From positions 218,364,001-218,428,000 of the forward strand of contig OZ024743.1 of assembly GCA_964016885.1 (NCBI GenBank): 64,000 bases of DNA, written 5' to 3'. The position numbers were made by a program, and so were the translations under genes. This document shows positions 43,471 to 58,132 of the stretch, in pieces. The notes beneath the pieces are model-generated. The model made no database searches, had not been told where the DNA came from, and saw nothing but the letters and a program-made list of their open reading frames with translations. Origin of the DNA: Eledone cirrhosa. Lineage: Eukaryota. Numbering within the stretch: the stretch's first letter is position 1; each line of letters opens with the position of its first letter.

Positions 43471-43777
43471 GTGTGTCCGCATGTATCTGTGTGTTTCTAA
43501 ATATATTTATATATATATATATATATACATATTTATTTATATATATATATATATATACATATTTATTTATATATATATATATACATATTTATTTATATAT
43601 ATATATATACATATTTATTTATATATATATATATACATATTTATATATATATATATATATATATACATATTTATTTATATATATATATATGTATATATAC
43701 ATATTTATATATATATTTATATATATATATATATATATACATATTTATATATATATTTATATATATATATATATACA

Positions 43778-43818
<41 letters not shown>

Positions 43819-43891
43819 TTATATATATATATATATATATACATATTTATATATATATATATATACATATTTATATATATATATATATACA

Positions 43892-43936
<45 letters not shown>

Positions 43937-43967
43937 ACATATTTATATATATATATAAATATTTATA

Positions 43968-44559
43968 TAAATGGAATAGAATGAAACGAAATTTCATTTC
44001 TCACTCTTAGTACGGCACTTACTTAAATGTAAGTATGTATGTATACGTACATACATATATGTATACAGACATACAGTAGCATGTATATATATACATACAG
44101 GCACACATATATATATGGACGTATCAGTTTACCGAACATTTATTATAATGCTCGGTTTGTTCGTTTGTAAACAAACAAACAGCCTGAATTACGCCGTACA
44201 GTGTTTACAAACGAACAAACCCTTCTTCGTCAACAGAGGAAACAGCTCCCTAAACTTCTACCAACCCGTCCTTATTCTAGATACTATGGCCTCGGAACAC
44301 CCTCCTCCCATGCTAATCTGATCTCCTAGGTACCGGAAGCTATCCACCACTTCTATAGCGCTCTCTTGCATTTGAAAAATGTGTCTATCAGTGCGACTTC
44401 CACTGTCTAATTTCCCTGTACATCTACTGCATACATATTTCTCCCTACCTGTTAGTTTGCCTGCTATCCCGCTACATCTCTTGTGTACCCAGGATCTGCA
44501 TTGTGTGCATTTTATAGAATTTATGCCAGTTCCTTTTCTGCATATCGAACATGGCCATT
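43968..44559 (-). mobile_element. Chimera: partial retrozyme family-1 variant (no hammerhead) fused to an RTE-A fragment
   Basis: 43968-44220 resembles the family-1 unit; 44217-44559 is the reverse complement of about 21680-22023. Confidence 0.85.
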
Positions 44560-44574
44560 ATATATAATATACAA

Positions 44575-44963
<389 letters not shown>

Positions 44964-44997
44964 TTTTTTATATATATATATATATATATATACATAT

Positions 44998-45078
<81 letters not shown>

Positions 45079-45086
45079 CATATTTA

Positions 45087-45120
<34 letters not shown>

Positions 45121-45122
45121 CA

Positions 45123-45173
<51 letters not shown>

Positions 45174-45180
45174 TTATATA

Positions 45181-46810
45181 TAATAAATAAATAACAAAGA
45201 ACGCTTATAGCATATGCATATCTTTACTTGCTAACATTGTTTCATCCGCACTATAAGTGGGACTCATCAGAGCATAAAGGTTAATTACATACCATACAAG
45301 CAATAACAAATCCAAGACATTGAAGAATGAAAGGTAATAATAGACGATAGAGGATAAGAATAAAAATAAAAATAAAAGTAAAAATAAAAATAAAAATAAA
45401 AATAAGGGGTGCTATCAGTCACAGTTGGGCGGGGTGCTGTCAACATATAGTTACATACAAGCATACACATGGATAAGAGTACAGACAAGAGTAGACACAT
45501 GGATAAGAGAACAGACAAGAGTAGATAAGATAATGGGATTAGGTAAGAGTAGGTAAAAAATAGGTAAAAAATAGGTGAAAAACAGACTTATAATATATAT
45601 AAAAAGAAATACAAAGAAATACATAACAAACTTACATATAAAATATAAAATATAGGGTAAGGAATGAGATAAAATAATATAAAATTAAAAATTAAAAATT
45701 ATATACATAGAACATAATATAGTATAATCGTAAAATAAGATAAAATAAGGTAAACTAAAATCAAATAACATAGACTAAATTAAAATAATATAATATAAGA
45801 TATAATTAAATGTATAATTAAATGTAATTAAATGTAATTAAATAAAATAAATAAATAAATAAAAATTAAATAAATAAATAAATAAAATTTAAATTTAAAT
45901 TTTAAAATTTTAAAATTAAAATTTAAATTTAAATTTAAATAAATAAATAAATAAATAAAAAAATAAAAAAATAAATAAATAAATAAATGGAGTCAAGTAA
46001 GTAAATAAATAAAATTAGATAACATGAAATGAAATAAAATGAAATAAAGTAAATTGAGATAAGATATATATTTTTTTTAAATATATCTCTTGAATATATC
46101 AGGGGCCCACGAAGGCACTAAATGTCACAGTTATGTGTATCACTTGACCAATTTTTTAAAATATATTTCATGAAAACATCAGGGGCCCACGAAGGCACTA
46201 AGTGTCACAGTCACCAGTATCACTTGACCATTGCAAGGCAATGGAGGCGTCCCAGGTTGGGCAGTCTCGAAAGTTCACTCGAAAGTCATGGGTGTGCATT
46301 CACACAGTTGAGCGGTGGGGTAATCACAAACCGGTTCACACACGGGCAGGAGTCAATTGATCAGAGAGGTGCATCGAAGGAGGTAGAAGAATTCACATGC
46401 ATTAGCAAGCGAGGTGAGGTTAAAGCAAGCAGACACAGTTGTAGCGCATACAAAATATATATAAAAAGACAGAAGATATATAAAAAGCCATTAAGTCACC
46501 GCATTGGGACATCACAAGATTGTACACATCAATATGTTCAGCACGTATATGCACGTATACACACCACATGCATATGCAGAGACGGTATACATATATATAT
46601 ATATATATTTTTTTTTTAAATATACACAGACACATATAAATGTATACACGGACACACACGCACACACACACAGCGTAGGACACCCAGGTCAAAGCCGATA
46701 TTAAATACGATATTAAATACGATATTAAACACCGAAATACCACATTAGACCAGACCCACCACCACAGGTAATATATTCAAAACAAATACATACGATGAGA
46801 TGTATTAAAA
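45181..46810 (-). mobile_element. Non-coding insert of about 1.6 kb with a minimal hammerhead-like motif near its 3' end (about 45225-45276)
   Basis: UGCU-CUGAUGA-GUCC-CACU-uau-AGUG-c-GGAU-GAAAC-aau-GUU^AGCA; long AT-rich tract; short internal duplication at 46098/46178. Confidence 0.5.
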
Positions 46811-46929
46811 TATGTATATATATATATATATATACATATTTATTTATATATATATATATATATACATATTTATTTATATATATATATATATACATATTTA
46901 TATATATATATATATACATATTTATTTAC

Positions 46930-46985
<56 letters not shown>

Positions 46986-47052
46986 TTATTTATATATATA
47001 TATATACATATTTATATATGTATATATATATATATATATACATATTTATTTA

Positions 47053-47109
<57 letters not shown>

Positions 47110-47111
<2 letters not shown>

Positions 47112-47457
47112 AGGCACATGGCTTAGTGGTTAGAGCATTGGCCTTGCAATCGAAAGGTTGTGAGTTCAATTCTCAGACTGGGTGATGTGTTGTTTCCTTG
47201 AGCAAGACACTTTATTTCACATTGCTCCAGTTTACTCAGCTGTAGAAATGAGATGATAGGGACAGGGGTCCCTATGATTCCACTGCAAAGTGGTCGTGGA
47301 GGTGCCACGGCAAAAAAGCACCCAGCACTCACTGTAAATGAGGTTGGTGTTAGGAAGGGCATCCAGCTGTAGAAATCAAGCCAGAATCAGTTCCCGTCCC
47401 ACCCTTGCAAGCAGGGAAAAGTGGACGTAAAATGATGATGATGAAAATGATGATGAT
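47110..47457 (+). mobile_element. tRNA-derived SINE (same family as 8864-9202) inserted in (TA)n
   Basis: Sequence identity to 8864-9202; RTE-A tail. Confidence 0.88.
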
Positions 47458-47506
47458 ATATATATATATATACATATTTATTTATATATATATATATACA
47501 TATTTA

Positions 47507-47546
<40 letters not shown>

Positions 47547-47554
47547 CATATTTA

Positions 47555-47643
<89 letters not shown>

Positions 47644-47648
47644 TTATT

Positions 47649-47707
<59 letters not shown>

Positions 47708-47712
47708 TTATT

Positions 47713-47785
<73 letters not shown>

Positions 47786-47790
47786 TTATT

Positions 47791-47828
<38 letters not shown>

Positions 47829-47878
47829 CATATTTATTTATATATATACATATTTATATATATATATATATATATACA

Positions 47879-47977
<99 letters not shown>

Positions 47978-48000
47978 TTATATATATATATATATATACA

Positions 48001-48081
<81 letters not shown>

Positions 48082-48082
48082 T

Positions 48083-48125
<43 letters not shown>

Positions 48126-48140
48126 TTATATATACATATT

Positions 48141-48171
<31 letters not shown>

Positions 48172-48202
48172 TTATATATATATATATATATATACATATT
48201 TA

Positions 48203-48240
<38 letters not shown>

Positions 48241-48294
48241 CATATTTATATATATATATATATATACATATTTATATATATATATATATATACA

Positions 48295-48333
<39 letters not shown>

Positions 48334-48334
48334 T

Positions 48335-48365
<31 letters not shown>

Positions 48366-48394
48366 TTATTTAGATATATATATATATATATACA

Positions 48395-48467
<73 letters not shown>

Positions 48468-48496
48468 TTATTTAGATATATATATATATATATACA

Positions 48497-48533
<37 letters not shown>

Positions 48534-48615
48534 TTATATATATATATACATATTTATACATATATATATATATATATACATATTTATACATATATATATA
48601 TATATATACATATTT

Positions 48616-48653
<38 letters not shown>

Positions 48654-48654
48654 T

Positions 48655-48685
<31 letters not shown>

Positions 48686-48786
48686 TTATATATATATATA
48701 TATATATACATATTTATTTATATATATATATACATATTTATTTATATATATATATACATATTTATATATATATATATATATACATA

Positions 48787-48833
<47 letters not shown>

Positions 48834-48848
48834 TTATTTATATATATA

Positions 48849-49607
48849 GATCGTAATTTTTCGGTCGTATGGTTGATTTTAGACATGTTCTATGTGTGAC
48901 GATAGTTATAGCTCTGATTTATCTGAATTATTGAGCCCTCTGCCGCTCATTTCGAATTTTGTTCATCGTGAACTCGTGCGCCGATTTTTCGATACTCGAT
49001 TATTCTACTATATTTAGCTCTAGACTTAGCTATTGACCAGTTAATTTTATTGTTCATTTTTTGTCGATTCTATTAAATGATGAATAGCTCCTGTTTATTT
49101 TAACATGTCTATTGAGCACTCTTATTCGATATGTGTATTTCCACATTTTCCCGAATATTTTTTGCGGATATAGAGGTTATCTCCCTTGCTGAATTCCATG
49201 TGCGTTTTTTCAACCTGGTTTATGCCTTTTCATTCGTTCGGACAAAAGCTCGTTGAGGAAGTAAATGCCGGTCCGCTGGATTCTAGAAGTCTTATATATT
49301 AGAGGACAGTTTAAGGATTTACAGAAACCCAAGAAGCTAGATTTACCATCTTTCTAACGGGTCCGGGTATGCTTTTTACATTCATTTGATTTATTGATTT
49401 ATTGATATTTTATCTGAGTGTCCCGAATCTTCCAGATCGTAATTTTTCGGTCGTATGGTTGATTTTAGACATGTTCTATGTGTGACGGTATTTTAACGAT
49501 AGTTATAGCTCTGATTAATCTGAATTATTGAGCCCTCTGCCGCTCATTTCGAATCTTGTTTATCGTGAACTCGTGCGCCGATTTTTCGATACTCGATTAT
49601 TCTACTA
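48849..49607. mobile_element. Unclassified element with terminal direct repeats of about 165 bp (period 586 bp) in (TA)n
   Basis: 48849-49010 is repeated at 49435-49607; no ORF. Confidence 0.75.
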
Positions 49608-49665
49608 TATATATATATATATACATATTTATATATATATTTATATATATATATATATATATACA

Positions 49666-49730
<65 letters not shown>

Positions 49731-49787
49731 TTATATATATATATATATATATATACATATTTATATATATATATATATATATATACA

Positions 49788-49824
<37 letters not shown>

Positions 49825-49851
49825 TTATATATATATATATATATATATACA

Positions 49852-50048
<197 letters not shown>

Positions 50049-50071
50049 TTTTATATATATATATATATACA

Positions 50072-50120
<49 letters not shown>

Positions 50121-50141
50121 TTATATATATATATACATATT

Positions 50142-50172
<31 letters not shown>

Positions 50173-50231
50173 TTATTTATATATATATATATATATACAT
50201 ATTTATTTATATATATATATATATATATACA

Positions 50232-50282
<51 letters not shown>

Positions 50283-50311
50283 TTATTTATATATATATAT
50301 ATATATATACA

Positions 50312-50343
<32 letters not shown>

Positions 50344-50377
50344 CATATTTATTTATATATATATATATATATATACA

Positions 50378-50409
<32 letters not shown>

Positions 50410-50411
50410 CA

Positions 50412-50443
<32 letters not shown>

Positions 50444-50475
50444 CATATTTATATATATATATATATATATATACA

Positions 50476-50522
<47 letters not shown>

Positions 50523-50523
50523 G

Positions 50524-50555
<32 letters not shown>

Positions 50556-50710
50556 CATATTTATATATATATATATATATACATATTTATTTATATATAT
50601 ATATATACATATTTATTTATATATATATATATATATACATATTTATTTATATATATATATATATTTATATATATATACATATTTATATATATATATATAA
50701 ATATTTATAT

Positions 50711-51059
50711 AAATGGAATAGAATGAAACGAAATTTCATTTCTCACTCTTAGTACGGCACTTACTTAAATGTAAGTATGTATGTATACGTACATACATAT
50801 ATGTATACAGACATACAGTAGCATGTATATATATACATACAGGCACACATATATATATGGATGTATCAGTTTACCGAACATTTATTATAATGCTCGGTTT
50901 GTTCGTTTGTAAACAAACAAACAGCCTGAATTACGCCGTACAGTGTTTACAAACGAACAAACCCTTCTTCGTCAACAGAGGAAGCAGCTCCCTAAACTTC
51001 TTCCAACCCGTCCTTATTCTAGATACTATGGCCTCGGAACACCCTCCTCCCATGCTAAT
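50711..51059 (-). mobile_element. Second copy of the retrozyme/RTE-A chimera (shorter RTE part)
   Basis: Near-identical to 43968-44317, with the same junction. Confidence 0.85.
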
Positions 51060-51357
51060 ATATAATTTATATATATATATATATATAATTTATATATATA
51101 TATATAATATATATATATATATATAATATATATCTATATATAATATATATCTATATATAATATTTATATATATATATAATATATATCTATATATAATATT
51201 TATATATATATATAATATATATATATATATAATATATATCTATATGCATATATATCTATATATAATATTTATATATATATATATATATAATATATATCTA
51301 TATACATATATATCTATATATAATATTTATATATATATAATATTTATATATATATAA

Positions 51358-51411
<54 letters not shown>

Positions 51412-51587
51412 ATAATATATATGATAATAAGGGCGCTGCGGAGTTGCAAATAGATTACATATGAAAAAAGTTTGTCCTTCATCAGTGATCTTCCAACTAT
51501 CATAGGCATTTCATCGCTTTAAAGACCATATACCTCCGGTTGGTGCGAGCAACGGCTAAAAAAAGTCGTTGGGACACGTAAATAAAG

Positions 51588-51898
51588 GGGACGTCTTCCT
51601 TCAACTGGCATTTCCTGGCACTTCTTCACCCATCGGTCATCCTCCATGCGCATCACATGTCCATACCACCTCAGTCTCCTCTCCTGTACACTACATTCTA
51701 TCCCTCTCAGACACAGTTTCTCTCTCAACACATTCATGCTGGCTCGTTCACACACATTTACACTGCAAATCCAACGGAGCATGCTAGCCTCATTTCTCTC
51801 CAGCCGTCGCATATCCTCTGCAGTTGCTGCCCATGTCTCATTACCATGCAGCATCGCGCTCCTCACACAGGCATAATACAACCGGCCTTTCGTACGCA
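51588..51898 (-). mobile_element. RTE-A fragment (reverse complement of about 22029-22335)
   Basis: ORF 51519-51899 matches the RTE-A C-terminus. Confidence 0.88.
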
Positions 51899-51899
51899 A

Positions 51900-52850
51900 T
51901 TATTGTTGTAAATTTGTGTTTTGGTGTTGTTATGTATCTTTTTAGCGTTAAGCATCTTAATGTGTGCCTCTATATTTGGTGCAAAGTAAATATAGAGGCA
52001 CACATTAAGATGCTTAACGCTAAAAAGATACATAACAACACCAAAACACAAATTTACAACAATAACAATACAATTACCACCGAACACAACAGAATATCTA
52101 ATACACAACCACCCGCTAATAGGCAAACAAAACGTAACACACTTGTTCAGGCATCGCAGCCCACAAATAATGCCAAAGTTGCCCATGACAAGAACTGTAA
52201 CTGCCACCTACCTGAAACCTGTCCATTACAAAATGAATGTATGCAGTCTAACCTGTTTACCAATGCACAGACAACCAGAAATGGTATTACATCGGAGCGA
52301 CTGGGAATACATTTAAAGCCCGTTGGTATACACACCGTTACGCAATGAAACATGTAACTACCCTTGCAAACAAGACCTGGCAACTGAGGGAAAGTAACCA
52401 TCAATACACCCTGAAGTGGAAAAAATTATCGAACGCGCCCCATATCGGAGTGGTATGAGAAGCTGTCGATTATGCGACCTTGAGCTGTTCCACATCTTGA
52501 GTTCGAAGAATAAGTTACTCAACAATAAAATTGAGAGATCAATTTATTGTAACCATAGACTCAAAGAGAAGTTTTTGCATTACAAATCGAACCCTTAACC
52601 TCTTACTACCAACTGACAAACTGCATATACTTAGACTTTATACCCTCTTGTATCTAAACCCTTTAATTACCCACAACACCAATACATATATCCCCCTCTT
52701 CTCCCTCATTCCTCTTCTATTTCTTCATTTTCTTCCTTCCTTCCCTCCCCTTCTTGACTATCTTTTCTTTTCTTCTTTCTCACCCCCTTCTTTGCTTTTA
52801 TTTTTGTCATTATTATCTTTATCTTTATTTTTATATTTATATATATATAT
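51900..52850 (+). mobile_element. 5'-truncated PLE, GIY-YIG part (CxC..CPL..C linker, Hydra-clade-like), with 78-bp 5' fold-back
   Basis: CNCHLPETCPLQNECMQ; YYIGATGNTFKARWYTH; CRLCDLE..I..LLN..E..CNH across frameshifts; hairpin arms 51900-51977 / 51988-52065. Confidence 0.8.
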
Positions 52851-52994
52851 ATATTCAGGTTTGAGGTTCACCACTGTATAGAGCTGGTCTATTCCGTATG
52901 GTCAATCGTAATGCAATAATATAGAGAGTACTCAACGTAAAGCAGTTCAACCGTCTTTGTTTTTGTAGTTGGTGGTGCTATTACGGAGTTAAAT

Positions 52995-54481
52995 ATTATA
53001 ATGAAATGGCAGGAGGCTGGATTTGTGTAAATCCTTGAAAGGTTTATTATACTATGATCATTTCAATGACCAGGTTCCGTATGAATCCGGTGATATCATC
53101 AGGTATTCGAAATATAATACGTGAATGTAATAGATAAAATCCATGGGGCTGAAAATCGAGGACCCATTGGGACTTTTGCTCACTTGTACCCATTAGCACA
53201 CGACACTAGAATGTCTCCTCCTGAGAACAAAAATTAATATTACACGACTATATCCCGTACTCTACATCCCACTAGGATAAATTACAGATCTACATAATAC
53301 AATTAACGTTTCTTCATAAAAGACTCTCTTTAATTAAACCCCGCAACCCAAAACCTCATAGAAGTTCTTTAAATGTTTAATCTTCAATTTTCTGTTTGTT
53401 CATTTCTCAATCTTCTTACTCTTTAATTTTATAATGTTATTCTGAATTCTTTCAACTTCATCCGATAAAGTTAAGCAATATTTTAAAGTTCCAACTTTCT
53501 GTCGGACTGTTGGGTGGGTTTTAATGGCGGCGCGACCGACCCCCTGGCGCATGGGCTTACCTGGAGTGCTTGGAAAAATAAATTTCCCCTTCTTTCGGTA
53601 AATGAAAATACTCGGCGTGGCTTAATTCGCCCTGGGGCCCGAGCGCGGCCGGTGTTTTAACCGCCACATAGTACCTTTAAATTACAGAACAAATCGGAAC
53701 TATTAGATATATCAACCTGAAAATGTTAAACTGTTTAACTTTAAATTTTCTAACCTCCTTAATATTGAATATTGATTATTAATTTTTTAACTTCATCCTA
53801 TAAGTCTAAACATTGTAACACACTGACTCCCAATATATTCACCTCTGCTAAGATGCGGGTCCCTGTGAAAATTTTCTCGCGCCACTCCTGGCCTGACTGT
53901 GGTCTGACATTAATATCGACCTTTCTTCCTCTTTCTTTCTATCTTCCTTCTTGTAGCCATCAACCCTTACTTTTCTACTTCTCTCTTCTCTTCCTTCTCT
54001 TCTCCCCTCTGCCTGTCTTCCTCCCGCAGACTTATCTTCCTTCCCCCTTTTGTTTGCCTAGATCTGACCGATAGTAGTTGTCTTTCTTCTTATAGCTGAC
54101 ATTAACCCTGGCTTCTCTTCTTCTTCCTTCCCCTTTCTTCTCTCTCCTTCCTTTCTTTCTTTCTTTTATCTTGTGGCATGAGATTGACGCTAACTTATGT
54201 TCCCATCCCTTTCTGTTTTCGTTTATCTGACCGGTAGTAGCACACTGTAAACTTTAGCCATGTCACTCGAGGGCGACCGGCTGAGGTTGAAGGAACAGAA
54301 TAGCGGTCGCCCTCGGGTCCTCGATTTTCAGCCCCATGGATTTTATCTATTACATTCACGTATTATATTTCGAATACCTGATGATATCACCGGATTCATA
54401 CGGAACCCGGTCATTGAAATGATCATAGTATAATAAACCTTTCAAGGATTTACACAAATCCAGCCTCCTGTCATTTCATTA

Positions 54482-54485
<4 letters not shown>
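52995..54485. mobile_element. 1.5-kb non-coding element with 171-bp inverted ends, each carrying a minimal hammerhead
   Basis: 52995-53165 is the reverse complement of 54315-54485. Confidence 0.8.
54374..54431 (+). ncRNA. Minimal type I hammerhead (mirror copy at 53049-53106 on -)
   Basis: AUAC-CUGAUGA-..ACCGG..CCGGU..-GAAA-UGAUCA-UA^GUAU; palindromic stem III, AUA triplet. Confidence 0.7.
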
Positions 54486-54526
<41 letters not shown>

Positions 54527-55117
54527 CTCTTTATATCTCCCCCCCCCTCTTATCTCCCTCTCTATCCATCCCTCCCACTATGATTAATTTAATTCTCTAT
54601 AACTCACTACACTCCACGACATGAAGTCTCCTATCAAAACTGACCAAAGAATCCTTCCACCTCTACCCCTCCCTCCATCTCAGTTTGTCACTCTACTTCC
54701 TACCTCTTCCCCCTTCCTCTCTCTCTATACTATTCCGTCTGTCCCCTCACCTCCAGATTCCTCTCTATACTAGTAAATACAATTCCAAATAAATGTTTTT
54801 CTCTATATATTAAGAATTATTTCAAGAGTAACTTACTATTTTGAAAATTTGGACTGTGAACAACGATTATAATTGAGTGGCTGCTATTTGCAGTATGGCA
54901 ATATAAGGTTGCACTTACCAATGAAATGGTTGTAAATACCTGGATAAAATCCTTCTCTTAATGCTTACCTGTGTTTTCTCTTTTATACTTTATACTCCAA
55001 GATTGAACGGAATTCTTACAAACTTGTGGAGTTACCCCTAACCGTACGTTGAAACCATCCATGAAACTGGCTTTCTTAACCAAAAACTGGATCACAATAA
55101 GCAATTTTTTGCTTCTT

Positions 55118-55165
<48 letters not shown>

Positions 55166-55260
55166 TGTATATATATATATAAATATGTATATATATATAT
55201 AAATATGTATATATATATATAAATATGTATATATATATATAAATATGTATATATATATAT

Positions 55261-57401
55261 ATCATCATCATCATCATCATCAACGTTTAACGTCCGTGTT
55301 CCACGCTTGCATGGGTTTGGACGGGGGTAGTCCCACTTGAGGCAAGAGTGATTGTCTTGCTCGCATAGGACTGTCTGGCAGGTTTTCTACAGTTGGATGC
55401 CCTTCCTAACACCAACCACATTTACAGTGTGGGTCTGGGAGGTTTTTACCGTGTTGCCTACACGGCCACATTACAGCGTGGACTGTGTGTTTTTTTGTCG
55501 TGACACCTACACGATCTCATTTGTTTCGGCCTCGATGGCGCGGCACCAACATAACTTTACATAGAACGGGGTGGTGTGGATCGGGTGGGGGTGGGGGTGG
55601 TGGGACGGGGTGTATTTTGTTAGAGATGCCTACTGGCTGGAGTAGGTTTTACTATATATTTAGGTAAGGCGGGTCTTCTCTGTTACTGAGTACCGCCAAA
55701 GGTCTCGGTCCAGTGACATTGTCTTGGAGAGGTGTAAGTGTGTGATGTCGGAGTTTATCAGCTCGTCCCAGGTTTTTCTAGGTCTGCCTATTCCGTGACT
55801 ACCGTCTATCTTTATTGCCCTGCACTTTGTTATACAGCTATCGACTTTCATGCGCATCACGTGTCCATACCAACGTAGCCTTCTCTCGAGTAAACAACAT
55901 CTGATCCCTCTTATCTCTAATTTATTCCTTAGTTCGTTTATGCTTTGCCGTTCACGTATATTACTGTTACACATCCAGCGGAGCATGCAAGCTTCGTTCC
56001 TCTCTAGTCTGCGTATATCCTCTGCACACAATGCCCAGGTCTCACTGCCATGCAGCATTGCTGTTCGTATGCAGGCATCGTACAACCTGCCTTTCATTTT
56101 TAGTGAGAACCCTTTAGCAGCTAATAGTGGTATAAGCTCTCTGAACTTTTTCCAACCAGTTCTGACTCTAGCTACAGTACTTTCAGAGCACCCTCCCCCA
56201 CTGCTGATTTTATCGCCCAGGTAACGGAAGCTGTCCACTATTTCTATAGAACCCTCTGCGCAATTGAAAGAGCTAGTAGTTTGTGGGCACTTGCTGCTAC
56301 TTATTGCACCAGAGCACCGGCCACATGTAAAATCTATGTTCTTAGTTAGCTTACCTGTGATCCCACTACATCTTTTATGCACCCATACTTTGCATTTAGG
56401 ACATAAAATGGAGTTTCTACCTACGCCTTTCCTACACACCGAGCACGACCATTTCCCCGAAGGGACCGCCGCCTTGTTTTCTTTCCTACAAACTAGTACT
56501 TTGGTCTTAGCCAGGTTAATTTTAAGTCCTTTTGACTCTAGGCCGTGCTTCCATGTTTGGAATTTCTTCTCTAGCTCGGCCATTGATTCCGCTATGAGTG
56601 TCAGGTCGTCTGCGTATAGGAGTTCCCATGGGCAGCCTGTCTTGAACTCCTCTGTTATAGCCTGAAGGGCAATAATAAATAGTAGTGGACTGAGAACAGA
56701 GCCCTGATGGACGCCGACTTTTACGCTAAACTCTTCACTATATTCGTTGTTAATTCTAACCTTGCTGACTGTTTCTTTATACATGGCTTGTATAGCCCTC
56801 ACAAGCCATTCGTCAACGCCTAGTTTTCTAAGAGCCCACCAGATAATGGAGCGGGGGACTCTGTCGAAGGCTTTCTCCAAGTCGACAAAAGCTAAGTAGA
56901 GGGGTTTACCTTTAGCTAGGTACTTCTCCTGTAGTTGTCGTACTATGAAAAGAGCGTCTGTGGTACTTTTGCCTGACACAAACCCGAACTGCATTTCATC
57001 TAGGTCAATTCTCTCTCTGATTAGTTGCGCTATTACTCTTTCCGTGACCTTCATGACCTGGTCGATTAATTTAATGCCTCTATAGTTACTCCTATCTAGG
57101 GCGTCTCCTTTACCCTTATAACAGTTAACGATGATGCTGCTATGCCAGTCCTTCGGAACAACCCCGTTCTGTACGACTTGGTTAACTATGCGGGTGACCA
57201 TGGTGTGTCCCACCGTGCCAGATGCCTTCAGCATCTCAGCAACTATTTCCGAAGGCCCAGCCGCCTTACCAGTCTTCATATCCTTGATTGCCTTACTTAT
57301 TATACTCCCCTCGACTAACACTGCTGGTCCCTCTATTGGGTCGATATGGGGGAGACTGCCTTTCTCCCAATTATTCTCCTCATTTAGAAGCCTTTCATAG
57401 T

Positions 57402-57404
<3 letters not shown>
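55261..57404 (-). mobile_element. RTE-C copy 2, 5'-truncated
   Basis: Open RT + PHD frame 57403 to 55660; (GAT)n tail. Confidence 0.93.
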
Positions 57405-57430
<26 letters not shown>

Positions 57431-57432
<2 letters not shown>

Positions 57433-57980
57433 CATCATCATCATCATCATCAACGTTTAACGTCCGTGTTCCACGCTTGCATGGGTTTGGACGGGGGTTT
57501 TCCCACTTGAGGCAAGAGTGATTGTCTTGCTCGCATAGGACTGTCTGGCAGGTTTTCTACAGTTGGATGCCCTTCCTAACACCAACCTCATTTACAGTGT
57601 GGGTCTGGGAGGTTTTTACCGTGTTGCCTACACGGCCACATTACAGCGTGGACTGTGTGTTTTTTTGTCGTGACACCTACACGATCTCATTTGTTTCGGC
57701 CTGGATGGTGTGGCACCAACATAACTTTACATAGAAGGGGGCGGTGTGGATGGGGGGGGGGGTTGTATTTTGTTAGAGATGCCTACTAACTGTAGTAGGT
57801 TTTACTATGTATTTAGGTAAGGCGGGTCTTCTCTATTACTGAGTACCGCCAAAGGTCTCGGTCCAGTGACATTGTCTTGGAGAGGTGTAAGTGTCTGAGG
57901 TCGGAGTTTATCAGCTCGTCCCAGGTTTTTCTAGGTCTGCCTATTCCGTGGCTACCGTCTATCTTTATTGCCCTGCACTT
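57431..57980 (-). mobile_element. RTE-C copy 3, 3' fragment
   Basis: Matches 55261-55828. Confidence 0.9.
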
Positions 57981-58045
57981 TATATATAAATATGTATATA
58001 TATATATATATATATATATTACAAGGGACCACCCATGTAAACTCT

Positions 58046-58132
58046 CATATCTGAAGAAGTGTCGATTAAGAGTCGGGATCTGATCACATGATCAAACCCA
58101 AGCTGATCGATATGGAAACAAATTGTAATATG
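58046..58132 (+). ncRNA. Type I hammerhead in a short PLE-like insert (58018-58170)
   Basis: CAUAU-CUGAAGA-a-GUGUCGAUU...GAUCGAUAU-g-GAAAC-aaauu-GUA^AUAUG. Confidence 0.7.

Noticed and set aside
51424-51590. CTGATGA on the minus strand (about 51479-51485) as another hammerhead
   Set aside because: No downstream stem II/GAAA and no convincing stem I in any topology
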